Under the pieces are notes generated by a model. It was not told the DNA's origin, did not search any database, and was given only the letters and a program-made list of their open reading frames with translations. DNA of 64,000 bases from Amphiscolops sp. MND2022. Its lineage: Eukaryota. Below are positions 35,901 through 45,157 of the stretch, one piece after another. The stretch's first letter is position 1, and the number at the start of each line of letters is the position of its first letter. The position numbers and the translations under genes are program-made. The stretch spans positions 53,010,001 through 53,074,000 of the forward strand of contig OZ076414.1 of NCBI GenBank assembly GCA_964187785.1, given 5' to 3'.

Positions 35901-38900
35901 TGGCCACCGGTGGTCCACCGATGGACCATCGGTGGAAAATTCGAAAATTTCGAAAGTGAAAATTTCGTTCAACATTTCTAGCAACTGAATGTTGGTACAC
36001 AAAATACCTTGAGACGATATTCGCAACCTTTATGCATCAAAGCCTAATAAAATGGGCAAATTATAAGGACCGGTTCTGAAGTATCTGTAAACCCTGTTTG
36101 CAGTTTCAAATCGTGTCCGAAAATCCTTTTACACTGGTTATCCAGTAAGTTTGAATCTTACTCTAGTGATTTTTTTTGGGTGATTTTAGATCTTTTTCTG
36201 GTGTTTTTCCAGTCATTTTAGATCTTATTCCGGTGTTCTTTGGGTGACTTAAGATCTTATTCCAGTGGTTCTTCGGTAATTTTAGATCTTATTCCACTGG
36301 TTTTTGGGTAATTTTAGATCATTTTCTGGTGTTTTTCCAGTCATTTTAGATCTTATTCCGGTGTTTTTTGGGTGATTTTAGATTTTTTTCTGGTGTTTTT
36401 CCAGTCATTTTAGGTCTTATTCCGGTGTTCTTTGGGTGACTTAAGATCTTATTCCAGTGGTTCTTCGGTAATTTTAGATCTTATTCCACGGGTTTTTGGG
36501 TAATTTTAGATCATTTTCTGGTGTTTTTCCAGTCATTTTAGATCTTATTCCGGTGTTTTTTTGGGTGATTTTGGATCTTATTCCAGTGGTTCTTTGATCT
36601 TATTCCACTGGTTTTTCGGTAATTTTAGATCTTATACCGGTATATTTTTTCCAGTGATTTTAGATCTTTTTCTGGCGTTTTTCCAGTCATTTTAGATCTT
36701 ATTCCGGTGTTTTTTGGGTGATTTTGGATCTTATTCTAGTGGTTCTTTCATCTTATTCCACTGGTTTTTCGGTAATTTTAGATCTTATTCCGGTATATTT
36801 TTTTCCAGTGCTTTTAGATCTTTTTCTGGTGTTTTTCCAGTCATTTTAGATCTTTTTCCGGTGTTTTTTTGGGTGATTTTGGATCTTATTCCAATGGTTC
36901 TTTGATCTTATTCCACTGGTTTTTCGGTAATTTTAGATCTTATACCGGTATATTTTTTCCAGTGCTTTTAGATCTTTTTCTGGTGTTTTTCCAGTCATTT
37001 TAGATCTTATTCCGGTGTTGTTTTGGGTGATTTTGGATCTTATTCCAGTGGTTCTTTGATCTTATTCCACTGGTTTTTCGGTAATTTTAGATCTTATTCC
37101 GGTATATTTTTTTCCAGTGCTTTTAGATCTTTTTCTGGTGTTTTTCCAGTCATTTTAGATCTTTTTCCGGTGTTTTTTTGGGTGATTTTGGATCTTATTC
37201 CAGTGGTTCTTTGATCTTATTCCACTGGTTTTTCGGTAATTTTAGATCTTATACCGGTATATTTTTTCCAGTGCTTTTAGATCTTTTTCTGGTGTTTTTC
37301 CAGTCATTTTAGATCTTATTCCGGTGTTTTTTGGGTGATTTTGGATCTTGAATTACGTAAATTATAATTTTAATTTTTGCAGTGTAGCTTTTGCTTAATT
37401 TTGATACTTTCAATGCAATTTCAAATGTTTTTTATAATGAAACTCAGAATGGTTCAGTTGTTTATTTACTTTGTCTGCATCAAGATCCGTTTTGTGGGTG
37501 TCATTCGGTCCGAAACCCCCGTGGCGGTCGTCGATGACGGGGTCAAACAGGTCTTTGAACGTCTCGTAAGACTCCTCGTCTCCAGCTACACACCCCACAG
37601 TCATGATATGTTCGTGTTTCGGGTTGTCCACGCCTGAGCAAACATCTCCTGGGTTCAACATTTTTTTCCGAAAATTTAATAATCATAACAAAAAGATTGA
37701 TTAACAACCTAATTGATAGACTGAAAATTGGCTTCAAGACTACGCCTTTACATAGAAAGTTTGGAAAAATTACTATAATTTTGACCGAATTCACTGTTTT
37801 TTGTGACTCAAGACAGGAAGCTGTTAACTTTTTAATCAAAAATGAGTGACTTCATAAGAAAAATAGTGTGAACAAATTTTACTTCTTAATTCCAAATTGT
37901 CACACTGGAAATGAATTAAAATTGAAGGTTTCTGGTTTGTATTTAAGTCTTTATACAATATTCAATAATTTTCCGAAACAAAAATTGGTAGTGAGGGTGG
38001 GGGTGTGGTGTAACAGAAAAGAGCCAAGTGAATCTTCGGAGAGATGCTCAAAGTTCAGCCTGTCGTTTACATGCATGTCGTTTACCTTTTAAACATAATT
38101 TTTACCTTTACCTTTTTTTTATTATCTTACTTTTCAAATCAATTCGTCAAATGAGCGAACACCTCATTTTGTAAGTCAATTGAAAAACCTTCTTGCTTGT
38201 AGGAGCAAAACCCAAACTGACTGAATTGGAGTCTGACATGAAACAAGACGCCTGCTAAGCACCTGGATATTTTCCGCCTTCAACTGAGCCATAGTAACTA
38301 AAAGAGTCAAGTAACTAAAATTGTCAAGTGAAGTGGATGGAGATCGTGGAGATTTGGCAGAATTTGGGAAAAAAAGCGACACAGATTATGAGAAACGCAA
38401 TTGAGATATAATTAATTGCAAAAACATCATCTTGAAAAGTGTGGGGGGGAAAGGAAAAAGTTCCATTATGATTTTCTTTCCCCATTATATGTGAGCGGAA
38501 AATAACCAGATGATTTAGGCCGTGGGATCAATTTTCAGTGAAATCGCAAACTCATTTTCAGTGAAACCCAAAACACTAACCGCACTGGATGACAGCGTCG
38601 AAGGTGAAGCCGTTGGGTGTTTGGACATCGCGGTACTTGGCGTACATTTCCTTGGTGAGCACTTTGGCCATGTGGTTGTCGTGGTTCTCCAACTTCGGGA
38701 AGTCGTCATCCGGTTCATACTCCTTCTGTCGTTTGTTCATGTCTTCGCTCTTTTTCGGCTCCTCTGACTGTGAACGACGCTGCTCCGAAGATTTTCTAGA
38801 AATCAACAAATCTCAAAATATGGAAACTGAAAAACAACATTCGAGATTACACTCTTTTAAGGATTTCCCCTACCCAATAGGGCTCTTTCTGCGGCCTTCA

Positions 38901-41248
38901 AAAACTTAACATTGTGCAAAAACTTTTTGTCGACGAACAAACATTGATCTTTTGTCAGTCGTTTCATTCGACAAAAATAAGGCGTGAGGGATCCGAAGAA
39001 GATTCAATTTCGCGGCTTTGAGCTCGTTCTAATCTTATTGTGATACCTTGGCATCTTTTTAATGATAAGACGTTACATATATTTTCGCTTTTTTTCGTCT
39101 TTAGTTGGTGCTGCAAGTAGAGTTCAAACAAGTGAGCACAAAAAAATTGTGATGAATTGTCGTAACCATTTTCATCATCACTCCCACAAGAATCTACTGA
39201 ATTCTCTCTCTGATGATTTATTTGGTTACTACTCATCGTTACTAACCTAGGGAAGTCTTTCTTAGTATCTTGGGACGCTTTTCCAGCAATTTGTTGCTGA
39301 GGTCCAACTGACCTAAGGTCCCTTTGTGGTCGTACTTGGCCAAAAGCACTCGGATGAGGTCCATCTGACCGAAGGTCCGTATTTGTATTTTTTGTTGAAT
39401 TTTGACTTTCCAATGCATTCCTGAGACTGGGAATCACTTTCTCTTCAATTGCAGAGTCAATTGCATTCAAAATATGCGAATTGAGATCTGATCTCATTTC
39501 ATCTAATTTCCTAGACATTTGCGAAGAAATTTCTGAATTTATTGCTCTACTGGTTTCAACTGTAATTTCACTATTCTCACTCGCGTTAGTATTCAATATT
39601 GACATAAAGTTTCCACTAATTGAATTAGTGTCTCTCTGAGGTCTCCTTGACTCTAAGTCAAAATCAGTATTACTAATATCTTCATCTCTAACTTGATCAT
39701 CTTCCTGGTAATTTCCCAACATCACATCTAGATTTTCAATGTCGGACATTACGTCTGATTGTCTTGAGCGCTTTTCTCTTGCTTTCTGCTTTCTAGTTGA
39801 AGGCATTTTAATGAGAGATTTGCGTTTTAAGAGTAAATTGAACAGTTCGTCTAGCTTTCACAGTACGTATGTGTATCGTTGCAACAGTATTGAATTGAAT
39901 TTCCAAAATCAGACTCGTCGTTTATATACTTTTATCACCATGACACTCAGTATTTCGAACGTCATAAAGTAAAAATATGAATGATGTCATCTTTAAAAAA
40001 AGCAACAACCTAATTATGACATAATATTGGCTATAAATAGAAACTAGTGTGAACTGATACAATACGTCACTTGTCCTCTAATATATAAATGGAAGCAACA
40101 ACAAAACAGATATTAATGAATACATGCAAACTGTAATATTTCATGCTTCTGAGAGTATTATACAGCTTTCAATAGCAAATTGGACCTAACGTCCGCGTGA
40201 CTTCAGCACTATACTATTGGCGCAATTTGATTGGTTAAAAGTATTTTGGACAACGCGTCAACTTGACGGCAGCGCTGTACAAGTTGAACGCGTTTCCTTT
40301 ACCTTTACCAGTTCGTTGCTTTATTCAACTGATTTCTAATTTACATTTCTAAACTGCAACAAGCAATTAATTGCATATTTGTATGTATGGATTGGTTCAC
40401 AATAGACAAAATAGTTCATCAACGTTTTTACATATCAGTATATAAAATATTAATAAAAGTAAATGATTGCGGTCAAACTGACCTTAGGTCAGAGTGTCTA
40501 GGAAAATTGCATGATTTATCAAAAAAAGCGCCATAATAACGTGAAAAAATGTTTGTTTAGTAAGATAGCAATACTCACTAATACGTTATGTAAGTTTTGA
40601 GAGTTTCATTAGATCGGTAGGACTCCTGGTCCTGGAATAGTAAAGTCGTCTTCCGGGGTGACTTGATAGAGTAGACCATCGCAGGCGGTAGCCTGCGACA
40701 TGAATATACTACCATATTTCAGCATATCAAATATACTATAAGTAAATGGTTATAAAAATTTTTTGTCCAAACAAAGCCCATTCCGGAAAATAATTAAATT
40801 TTGGGTTACTGATATTGATTTAAAAAGTCGTGTTGAATCGAATTCTGATGTAACGAATCACTGGACCTTTTTCCTCAACAACCCGCACAAACTTGAAAAA
40901 AGCTGTAATAATTAGCATAAATTAGTAGGAACAAATTCTTTAACGCTTATCATTTGCGTTTATGTGAAATCATCCAAATTGAGTAGAATATATTTACTTG
41001 TAGAATATAGAAGGAACCGAATGACGTACTTGGCTTCTGATGAGCCCCGACCGTGCGAGTTGCTTCGTCTGCGTTTGGCCGAACACGAGGGCTTGCACTT
41101 GCTGCAGCACTTCTTGCCACCGCCCGAAGACTTCCTCTCTTGAGATCCGCCCGAAGGTCTCGACTGAGATCCTGTTCCCGAAGGTCTCACTTGGGAACTG
41201 GATTTAGATTGGGATTTAGACCTTGGAGAACGAACAACAAATGTTCGG
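14713..41248 (-). CDS. CK: Creatine kinase (phosphagen kinase) gene; coding exons 41030-41248, 38581-38795, 37470-37633, 33302-33466, 32659-32794, 32195-32460, 14713-14961
   Basis: All six introns are GT-AG with matching phases (2,1,0,0,1,0). The spliced protein has CK hallmarks: GVDNPx[81 protein letters not shown]. Starting from the internal Met at 38740 gives 379 aa, the usual cytosolic CK size. The most upstream exon starts at a splice acceptor, so the gene start is not located. Confidence 0.95.
15115..17571 (-). repeat. 3' LTR (2457 bp)
   Basis: Minus strand TGTCACAGCC...GTAACA; matches 29046-31505 except scattered substitutions and a 3-nt indel. Confidence 0.96.
17468..18178 (-). CDS. 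Extra sense-strand ORF (236 aa), acidic/Ser/Pro-rich, running across the PPT position into the 3' LTR
   Basis: ATG-initiated open frame; low-complexity composition; no recognisable enzyme or env motif. Confidence 0.65.
   Translation of the reverse strand: MNSLKNVFELIDISSSEDESDFAERASTPLPREAIPNYRVILKNSLSSAEAVADEEEYFDVSADSLEASYKRIKLNSSLSSIDSNSYPQQERNEVAQTSEEIPDSPESPDESMSSDVFVVEEPNSNEGSISSSKVAEYLEKVHQEDASSYFNTPPGTPKKISFLQASPMNDLERRVQTVTTTQTIASQLRTPGSVNLLTRAALSQPAPGLACGCRRLKIGRGHGDNLRFPKSYFDW
18259..18592. promoter_or_regulatory. Putative divergent promoter with CCAAT boxes and four CGTTATG-x2-GACGTCA (CRE-type) repeats
   Basis: ATTGG at 18259, 18301 and 18369; TGACGTCA at 18420, 18470 and 18585; CGACGTCA at 18533. 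Lies between the oppositely oriented start codons at 18178 and 18630. Confidence 0.5.
18630..22775 (+). CDS. Predicted 8-exon antisense accessory gene (~1102 aa), zinc finger + degenerate hAT-transposase-like protein; exons 18630-18756, 18891-19265, 19390-19497, 19578-19664, 19823-20415, 20515-21135, 21235-21316, 21460-22775
   Basis: Seven short (80-158 nt) T-rich GT-AG introns with compatible phases (1,1,1,1,0,0,1) join track ORFs 18854, 19568, 19807, 20518 and 21450 plus three small hand-translated exons into a 3309-nt stop-free frame. A candidate ATTAAA poly(A) signal lies at 23019-23024. Confidence 0.82.
23072..28006 (-). pseudogene. pol: Pol (protease-RT-RNase H-integrase), disrupted
   Basis: LVDSGA (protease), AQYVDDIG (RT), LMTDAS (RNase H), EIDILP / LSDKGSQF / GILERTH (integrase DDE). 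Broken by frameshifts near 26880, 25195 and 24036 and in-frame TAA stops at 25339-25341 and 24762-24764. Confidence 0.93.
28003..29445 (-). CDS. gag: Gag polyprotein with CCHC zinc knuckle, starting inside the 5' LTR
   Basis: Open frame (track ORF 28003-29556; likely ATG at 29445, MSTTRSQ...). Contains [18 protein letters not shown] (capsid-like) and [14 protein letters not shown] (Cx2Cx4Hx4C). Confidence 0.9.
   Translation of the reverse strand: MSTTRSQKRRNNQQESTGENVSESLISPIGVGNPCSLNQDDGVAGPSRPKSPRIENSLFESLRTSLKEEIKSEIKNLLVESQKEMLKLLKPETRGNIRENTEEEVEEETRSFYTPTKSVRISSTQNDPIACRNMVTGVLTDSTNQPKRTKARSQSQPTSKERPTVAMTLFATDKHDSTTLPMPKALTASLPTFDGKSEKFELFEDLFRNNIKMYPHLTEIQKINYFHSLLRGDALQAFRNIEDTKKDSLDEIMTIFKRRFGDYLSMAKARCEWDALKFDPSNQKLHEFLDVLQKTAKEAFGSEAQQFIDKAIYAKMPDHVKKILNRAYLEDKPYNDIVLHLEREMRLKGLGAPDEVTLVPLNKVEPAPPNTESKQADNTTQNTKKGYCFYCNKFGHYKAECRKMKRDKWMQTKRNNGQTNSSSGKPFKCDTCGRPHKTESCWNGANAANDQRPKRHNTQEQKRDTPAQMTTTDFDTEPKN
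29032..29045 (-). other. Primer-binding site TGGTGACAGGAGTC (tRNA-Leu-like, inferred)
   Basis: Starts with TGG directly after the LTR terminal CA. The tRNA assignment rests only on resemblance to the TGGTGTCAGGAGT tRNA-Leu PBS pattern. Confidence 0.8.
29046..31505 (-). repeat. 5' LTR (2460 bp)
   Basis: Minus strand TGTCACAGCC...GTAACA, followed by the PBS. Confidence 0.96.
29570..29607 (-). promoter_or_regulatory. Putative LTR promoter: TATATATA (29600-29607) and Inr-like TCAGT (29570-29574); also present in the 3' LTR
   Basis: Motif spacing of about 30 nt, located about 125 nt upstream of the gag ATG. Confidence 0.5.
31866..31955. repeat. Dispersed repeat, similar to 34566-34655
   Basis: Shared AGCAAGTCCTTCATC..AGCTTAGTGG...ACGCATTTG...AAAAGCAAAAC, aligned by eye. 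Confidence 0.6.
32195..32460 (-). CDS. CK: Creatine kinase exon (NEEDH and CPSNLG motifs)
   Basis: [24 protein letters not shown]...[25 protein letters not shown]; acceptor TTTCAG, donor GTAAGA. Confidence 0.95.
32659..32794 (-). CDS. CK: Creatine kinase exon
   Basis: [45 protein letters not shown]; acceptor TTTTAG, donor GTTAGA. Translated by hand (not in the ORF track). Confidence 0.92.
33302..33466 (-). CDS. CK: Creatine kinase exon
   Basis: [55 protein letters not shown]; acceptor CCCCAG, donor GTGAGT. Translated by hand. Confidence 0.92.
35006..35160. repeat. Dispersed repeat, similar to 63144-63260
   Basis: Shared CTACAGCTTCAAGT...TGCTTGA.CA.TTGGCTG...ATGGTACC...CTGACTT...TTATT.GGCGTC...CGCAGAATT. 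Confidence 0.55.
35290..35440. repeat. 30-bp degenerate tandem repeat, about 5 copies
   Basis: Core CTTGC(A)AG recurs at 35298, 35328, 35358, 35388 and about 35419. Confidence 0.75.
35825..35935. repeat. GC-rich imperfect inverted repeat (about 43-bp arms, about 26-nt loop)
   Basis: Arm 35825-35866 (CCATCGGTGGTCATCGGTGGACCACC...) is close to the reverse complement of arm 35893-35935. Confidence 0.75.
36165..37349. repeat. Minisatellite of ~31-bp units (core GATCTT) with higher-order periodicity
   Basis: The unit TTTTAGATCTTATTCCGGTG recurs about every 31 nt; the variant GGTGATTTTGGATCTT recurs about every 154 nt from 36566 to 37334. Confidence 0.92.
37470..37633 (-). CDS. CK: Creatine kinase exon (guanidino-specificity loop)
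   Basis: [55 protein letters not shown]; acceptor GCTCAG, donor GTAAAT. Confidence 0.93.
38399..38465 (+). repeat. Short repeat, inverted partner of 42266-42327
   Basis: AATTGAGATATAATTAATTGCAAAAACAT...GAAAAGTG..GGGGG.AGGAAAAAGTTCCA matches the reverse complement of 42266-42327. Confidence 0.8.
38581..38795 (-). CDS. CK: Creatine kinase exon containing the canonical N-terminus
   Basis: [71 protein letters not shown]; acceptor TTCTAG, donor GTTAGT. Confidence 0.92.
38964..39806 (-). CDS. LTR-encoded Gag N-terminal region (216 codons inside the solo LTR) reading through 64 codons into CK intron
   Basis: [16 protein letters not shown]... resembles the LTR-encoded [10 protein letters not shown]... 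of the large element; the LTR ends at ...DDENGYD. Confidence 0.6.
   Translation of the reverse strand: MPSTRKQKAREKRSRQSDVMSDIENLDVMLGNYQEDDQVRDEDISNTDFDLESRRPQRDTNSISGNFMSILNTNASENSEITVETSRAINSEISSQMSRKLDEMRSDLNSHILNAIDSAIEEKVIPSLRNALESQNSTKNTNTDLRSDGPHPSAFGQVRPQRDLRSVGPQQQIAGKASQDTKKDFPRLVTMSSNQINHQRENSVDSCGSDDENGYDNSSQFFCAHLFELYLQHQLKTKKSENICNVLSLKRCQGITIRLERAQSREIESSSDPSRLIFVE
39158..40700 (-). mobile_element. Solo LTR (1543 bp) of a second gypsy family in a CK intron
   Basis: Minus strand TGTCGCAGG...GTTACGACA ends with a perfect 5-bp TSD TGAAT (39153-39157 and 40701-40705); TATATAAA at 39921-39928. Confidence 0.88.
41030..41248 (-). CDS. CK: Putative upstream CK exon encoding a Ser/Arg/Gly/Lys-rich, Cys-cluster N-terminal extension
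   Basis: Acceptor TTTTGCAG (41249-41256) and donor GTACGT (41029). The frame is open throughout, and its phase-2 end matches the phase-2 start of the 38795 exon. Confidence 0.65.
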
Positions 41249-42265
41249 CTGCAAAAGTGCAAACAACACTTCTCAGTTCAGCACAGATCCAAAAATTTAC
41301 TTAATTGCTCAGTGTATTCAATACTAATGATAACCGTGATTGACGTATTCAGTGTAATAGTTTCAAAAATTTTTTGGAAAAATTGCAGATTTGATTCTGC
41401 AAATAGTTTTCGCAGAATCAAATTTTATAAAACGTTTTTCTTTAGTTTCCAGCACCCAACAAAGCCAAACCCCCCACCCCCATACAAAAGTTTGTTTTCG
41501 AAAAATAGTGAAAATATTGGACAAAAAGACTAAAAATCAAACTAAGAACATTCAATTTCAAATTCAATTTCAAGGTGACCAGGATTATGATCCAGATTTC
41601 GATTATAATCACAGTTCAAATGTTCAAAAAAATGTTTTGTTCAAACGAAAAACTATTCCAATAGAAGTTAGATTCCTGTTACTGAAAATATTTCAATTTT
41701 AATCACACCAGCTCGTAAAATTTTCAAAATAAATTACTTGATTTAAAACTTCTCGGTGTGAGAAAAAGAAAAGCAATTTTGTTTGAAATACAAGTAATTC
41801 AAAACTAAAAAAGAAAAGTTTTTGCAGAAAAACGTTTGACCTTTAATTATGCTAAAGCGTTTCTTCAGATATATCAATTGTAAATTTTACTGTTGAAAGT
41901 TTGAAAGTCACAAAGATACTTACATGTTCTCTCAAAACAATTCAGATGCAAATCGACTTCAGATGAGAAAGAGCGTCTATTTTCAATTGCACGTGAACAG
42001 ATGACTTTTCGAAAAATGAATGGATTTCGCGCAAAATGCTTTGTGAAAAACTTTTCACGCGTTCTTGGCCATTAACTAGAAAGTTGAATAATTGTTCAAT
42101 TCTTGGAATTTTATATACTATATTTTAATGTTGAGTGTGTTTTCTCAAATCTTACGAGACCAAAGTTAATTGAGCCTCAAATTCTGAAAGCACAAAATGA
42201 AAGGAGGACCTATTGAATTCCTTTAATAGGCCTTAGATCTTAGGCTGAAAGGGGATATTTTATGG

Positions 42266-42327
42266 TGGAACTTTTTCCTCCCCCCTGCACTTTTCAAAAT
42301 GTTTTTGCAATTAATTATATCTCAATT
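42266..42327 (-). repeat. Short repeat, inverted partner of 38399-38465
   Basis: Reverse complement matches 38399-38465 with a few substitutions and indels. Confidence 0.8.
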
Positions 42328-42749
42328 AAAGAAAACAAACCCAACAGAAAAGATTAGATTTGACTATATCATTCAATATTTCTTCAAATAAGTCTTTTCC
42401 TTTGTTTTGTTGTCTCCTCATTCCACATTCCACATGAATCCACATAAAAAGTGGGGGAGGGGGAAGGAAAAAGAGCCTTTATGATCACGTCGACAGCTTT
42501 ATTTAACAAGCCGGGAACGGCCCAAGTCGGTGCAAAATCTAAGGCTCAAAAAGAGCAAAAGGACTTCAAAGTGTCAAGTATTCTCCTCTACAGTACCCAC
42601 ATGAGGTAAATATTGAAAAAAATCTGAAAACTTTATTCAAAATTTTTTCAAAATCTTTTTGGTCTCCGGTAAATCGCATAGTGCCGAAGAATGTAAAAGG
42701 GGACCTCAAAAAAGCCTAAGTAACCTCTATCTCTAGTGCCAGTAGAAGC

Positions 42750-44270
42750 AGTGTGGTAGTCATTCCCACAATCTGCTCAGAATTGTTGGCTGACTGGAAG
42801 TCAGTACATAACTATATGACAAAGACTGCTCCAACCCAAGAAATTCAAGACGTGCATCATAAGCCACAGAGTCTGGAATGGAGCATCATCGGGGATGAGA
42901 TCTTCCCCATCAATCTTGAAATCTTTGGGCGGATTGTCCGTGATTGTTAGTACTTTATTTCCATTTCCGATAGCTATCTATAGGATTGGGCTTGGCAGGA
43001 CTGGTCGTCTACGTGTTCACTATCACCACAATTTGAAAGAGAATGCTGTATTTACAGATACCAAGTGCTTCGAGTGCAGCCTCTCTCGCCGAAGGGACTC
43101 CGGGTTCATCATATACAGGGAGCTGCACCAGTTTGTCCGAAAAATGTGCTTCAGGTTCCTGTTGACAAAGCATTCCGCTGACGAATCAGACTGTACCGAG
43201 TTGTTCGCCTTGCAGGGCCAACCTCTCACCCAGCTATCTACCCGTGATTTTCCCAATTGCCTAAAAGTGAAAGGAGACCTGGACGCCGCATGTCGAGCCA
43301 AGGCTAGACGGGATGTCGATATGTCGATGAGCATCAGAGTATTCACACTTATTTTGAAACTGTCAGGCAATCAAGGCAGAATTTGTAGTCAAGGCCGGAA
43401 TAATTTGGTTTTCCTGCTTGAACGCTCCCTAGGCTATATCAGTTTCAACGCCGACATCGTCAAAGGTATGAACAATTTTGACCCTGTAGTCCTCACAGTG
43501 CCTTCCGATCAAGCTGCGCTTTGCTTCTCTGCACTTTACTGTTCCTTCAGTCTACGGGACTGGATGGTAAATACCCCCCGAAGTAGAGGCCCGCGATAAA
43601 CTCCTCGATTTTTTGGATATATTCCGGAACAAGTATCGAGATCTTCAGGATGCCCCAGAAGTCTTCGCCGATATGGTTGAGCTACTTACACCTGCATGAG
43701 TTGAGTTTCTCGCAAACATCCCTTTTTCATTTTTCAATTGAGCTGCCTCTGTCTAATATCTCGATTGCCTGATTTGCCTGCTGTCAGAATGCTGGATGTA
43801 GACAGTAGTGATCCGCGTTGTCGACTATCCGATGTCATTCTTCCGGCACAGTCATATCTTTCAAACGTGGTTGGTGCCGTCGCAGTGTGAGCTACAGAAG
43901 CCTGCCTGGATAAGTATCGAGAACTTGAGTCCAGTTTCGCCAGTGGAAATATTGCGGGGGACCCTTGGTCCCTTGTTCATAGCTTTGAGAATGCTAATTT
44001 TCATAAAACTTTAATCTCCGTTCAGAAGTCCCTAAAGAGCAAGCCTCCAACAGTTTCCCGATCTTCAGCTTCGTCAATTCTAAGTGCTGATGGACGTCAT
44101 CATTAGCGGTCTGCAGAAAAGAATAAGAGGGTTGTAACATTTGGTGCTACTTCCTATTCTCATATGGTTGCCCCTACCAAGGATTTGATGCAAGGAAGTT
44201 CCAAAAACTAAATGTACATAGAGTACATTTGTTTGATTGTCTTTGGACTCTGCATTTGTAGTATTATTCA
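42750..44270 (-). pseudogene. Possible heavily decayed retroelement pol remnant (BEL/Pao-like RT?)
   Basis: Only weak motif echoes across several frames (ETDIA*GAFKQ, LKHIF, HVDD), with many stops. Needs tBLASTn/HMM confirmation. Confidence 0.3.
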
Positions 44271-45157
44271 TTCAGCTATTTGTCAGAGTCATTTGCCTGT
44301 TGTCCCTAACTGGCTTTTGTTATATCATTGACGACTGGGTCGTTTGTCTCAGTTTGTTTTTTTTTATGTATATAATCATATAGTCAGAATAGTCCTAAGA
44401 AAAATCAACATAGTTTGATGCGGCCGTTCAGTCCCGCAGAAAAAACGGGAAGGTATTTTAATTTCTGGCTAGTATCTGTATTCATCAGTAAAGTTGGGGG
44501 TGGGATTAGGTGGAAGAATATATTTTCATCCTCGAGCTAGAATTTTTCCAGTTTTCTTCATTTTCCAATATTCCGGGCACGGTAATATCTGCGCCTCTAT
44601 TTGAAGCAATCTCCGTACTTTTGAAATCATTGGTGGCGTCATATTTATTTTGAGCCAAGTTAGGCAGTTCATTCAGCAGGGACGTCACGTCTCGACTGTT
44701 GGTCGATCTCAGGCTTATTTCGTTCTTGGCGACGTGATTGTCATTCCTTTTCTCGCTGCTACGTTCATATCATTTACGCTGCTATGTTTTTACAATTCGT
44801 GAAATCTTGGATATCTTGACAAGATTTCCGTTTTGAGAGGAGTTTAGACTTTATATCTTTGAATTTTGTAAGCTATTACTAGTTCTAGGTCAGAAATCGA
44901 AAATAAACTTTGCGAGAACTTGAAGACGTTATATACAATGCTACTGTTAAATGATTTCAATACAAGATCTTCCGGTAATGATGATGAAATTGTGCCGAGC
45001 TCGTGAAATGATTATTATGAGATTTGAATGTCAAATTCTAGAAATTAATAGAGCTCAACAACTAGTTTCTTGGCAGAGAGCTTCAATCAAATCGGATAAC
45101 CTTATCACAAAATCACATGTGAAGTACGGAAGTTGTGGTACGAAAAAAGTTTTTTTC

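Noticed and set aside
36165-37349. CRISPR-like array, and the two near-identical 63-aa ORFs (36714, 37023)
   Set aside because: The units are contiguous degenerate monomers without unique spacers, in a eukaryotic intron; the ORFs are by-products of the repeat.
41918-41990. GTAAGT donor at 41923 as the missing first CK exon
   Set aside because: In the required phase-2 frame a TGA lies three codons upstream with no ATG in between, and the region resembles dispersed repeat sequence.
42895-43599. 234-aa plus-strand ORF as a real gene
   Set aside because: No recognisable motif or splice structure; more likely the shadow of a decayed minus-strand retroelement.
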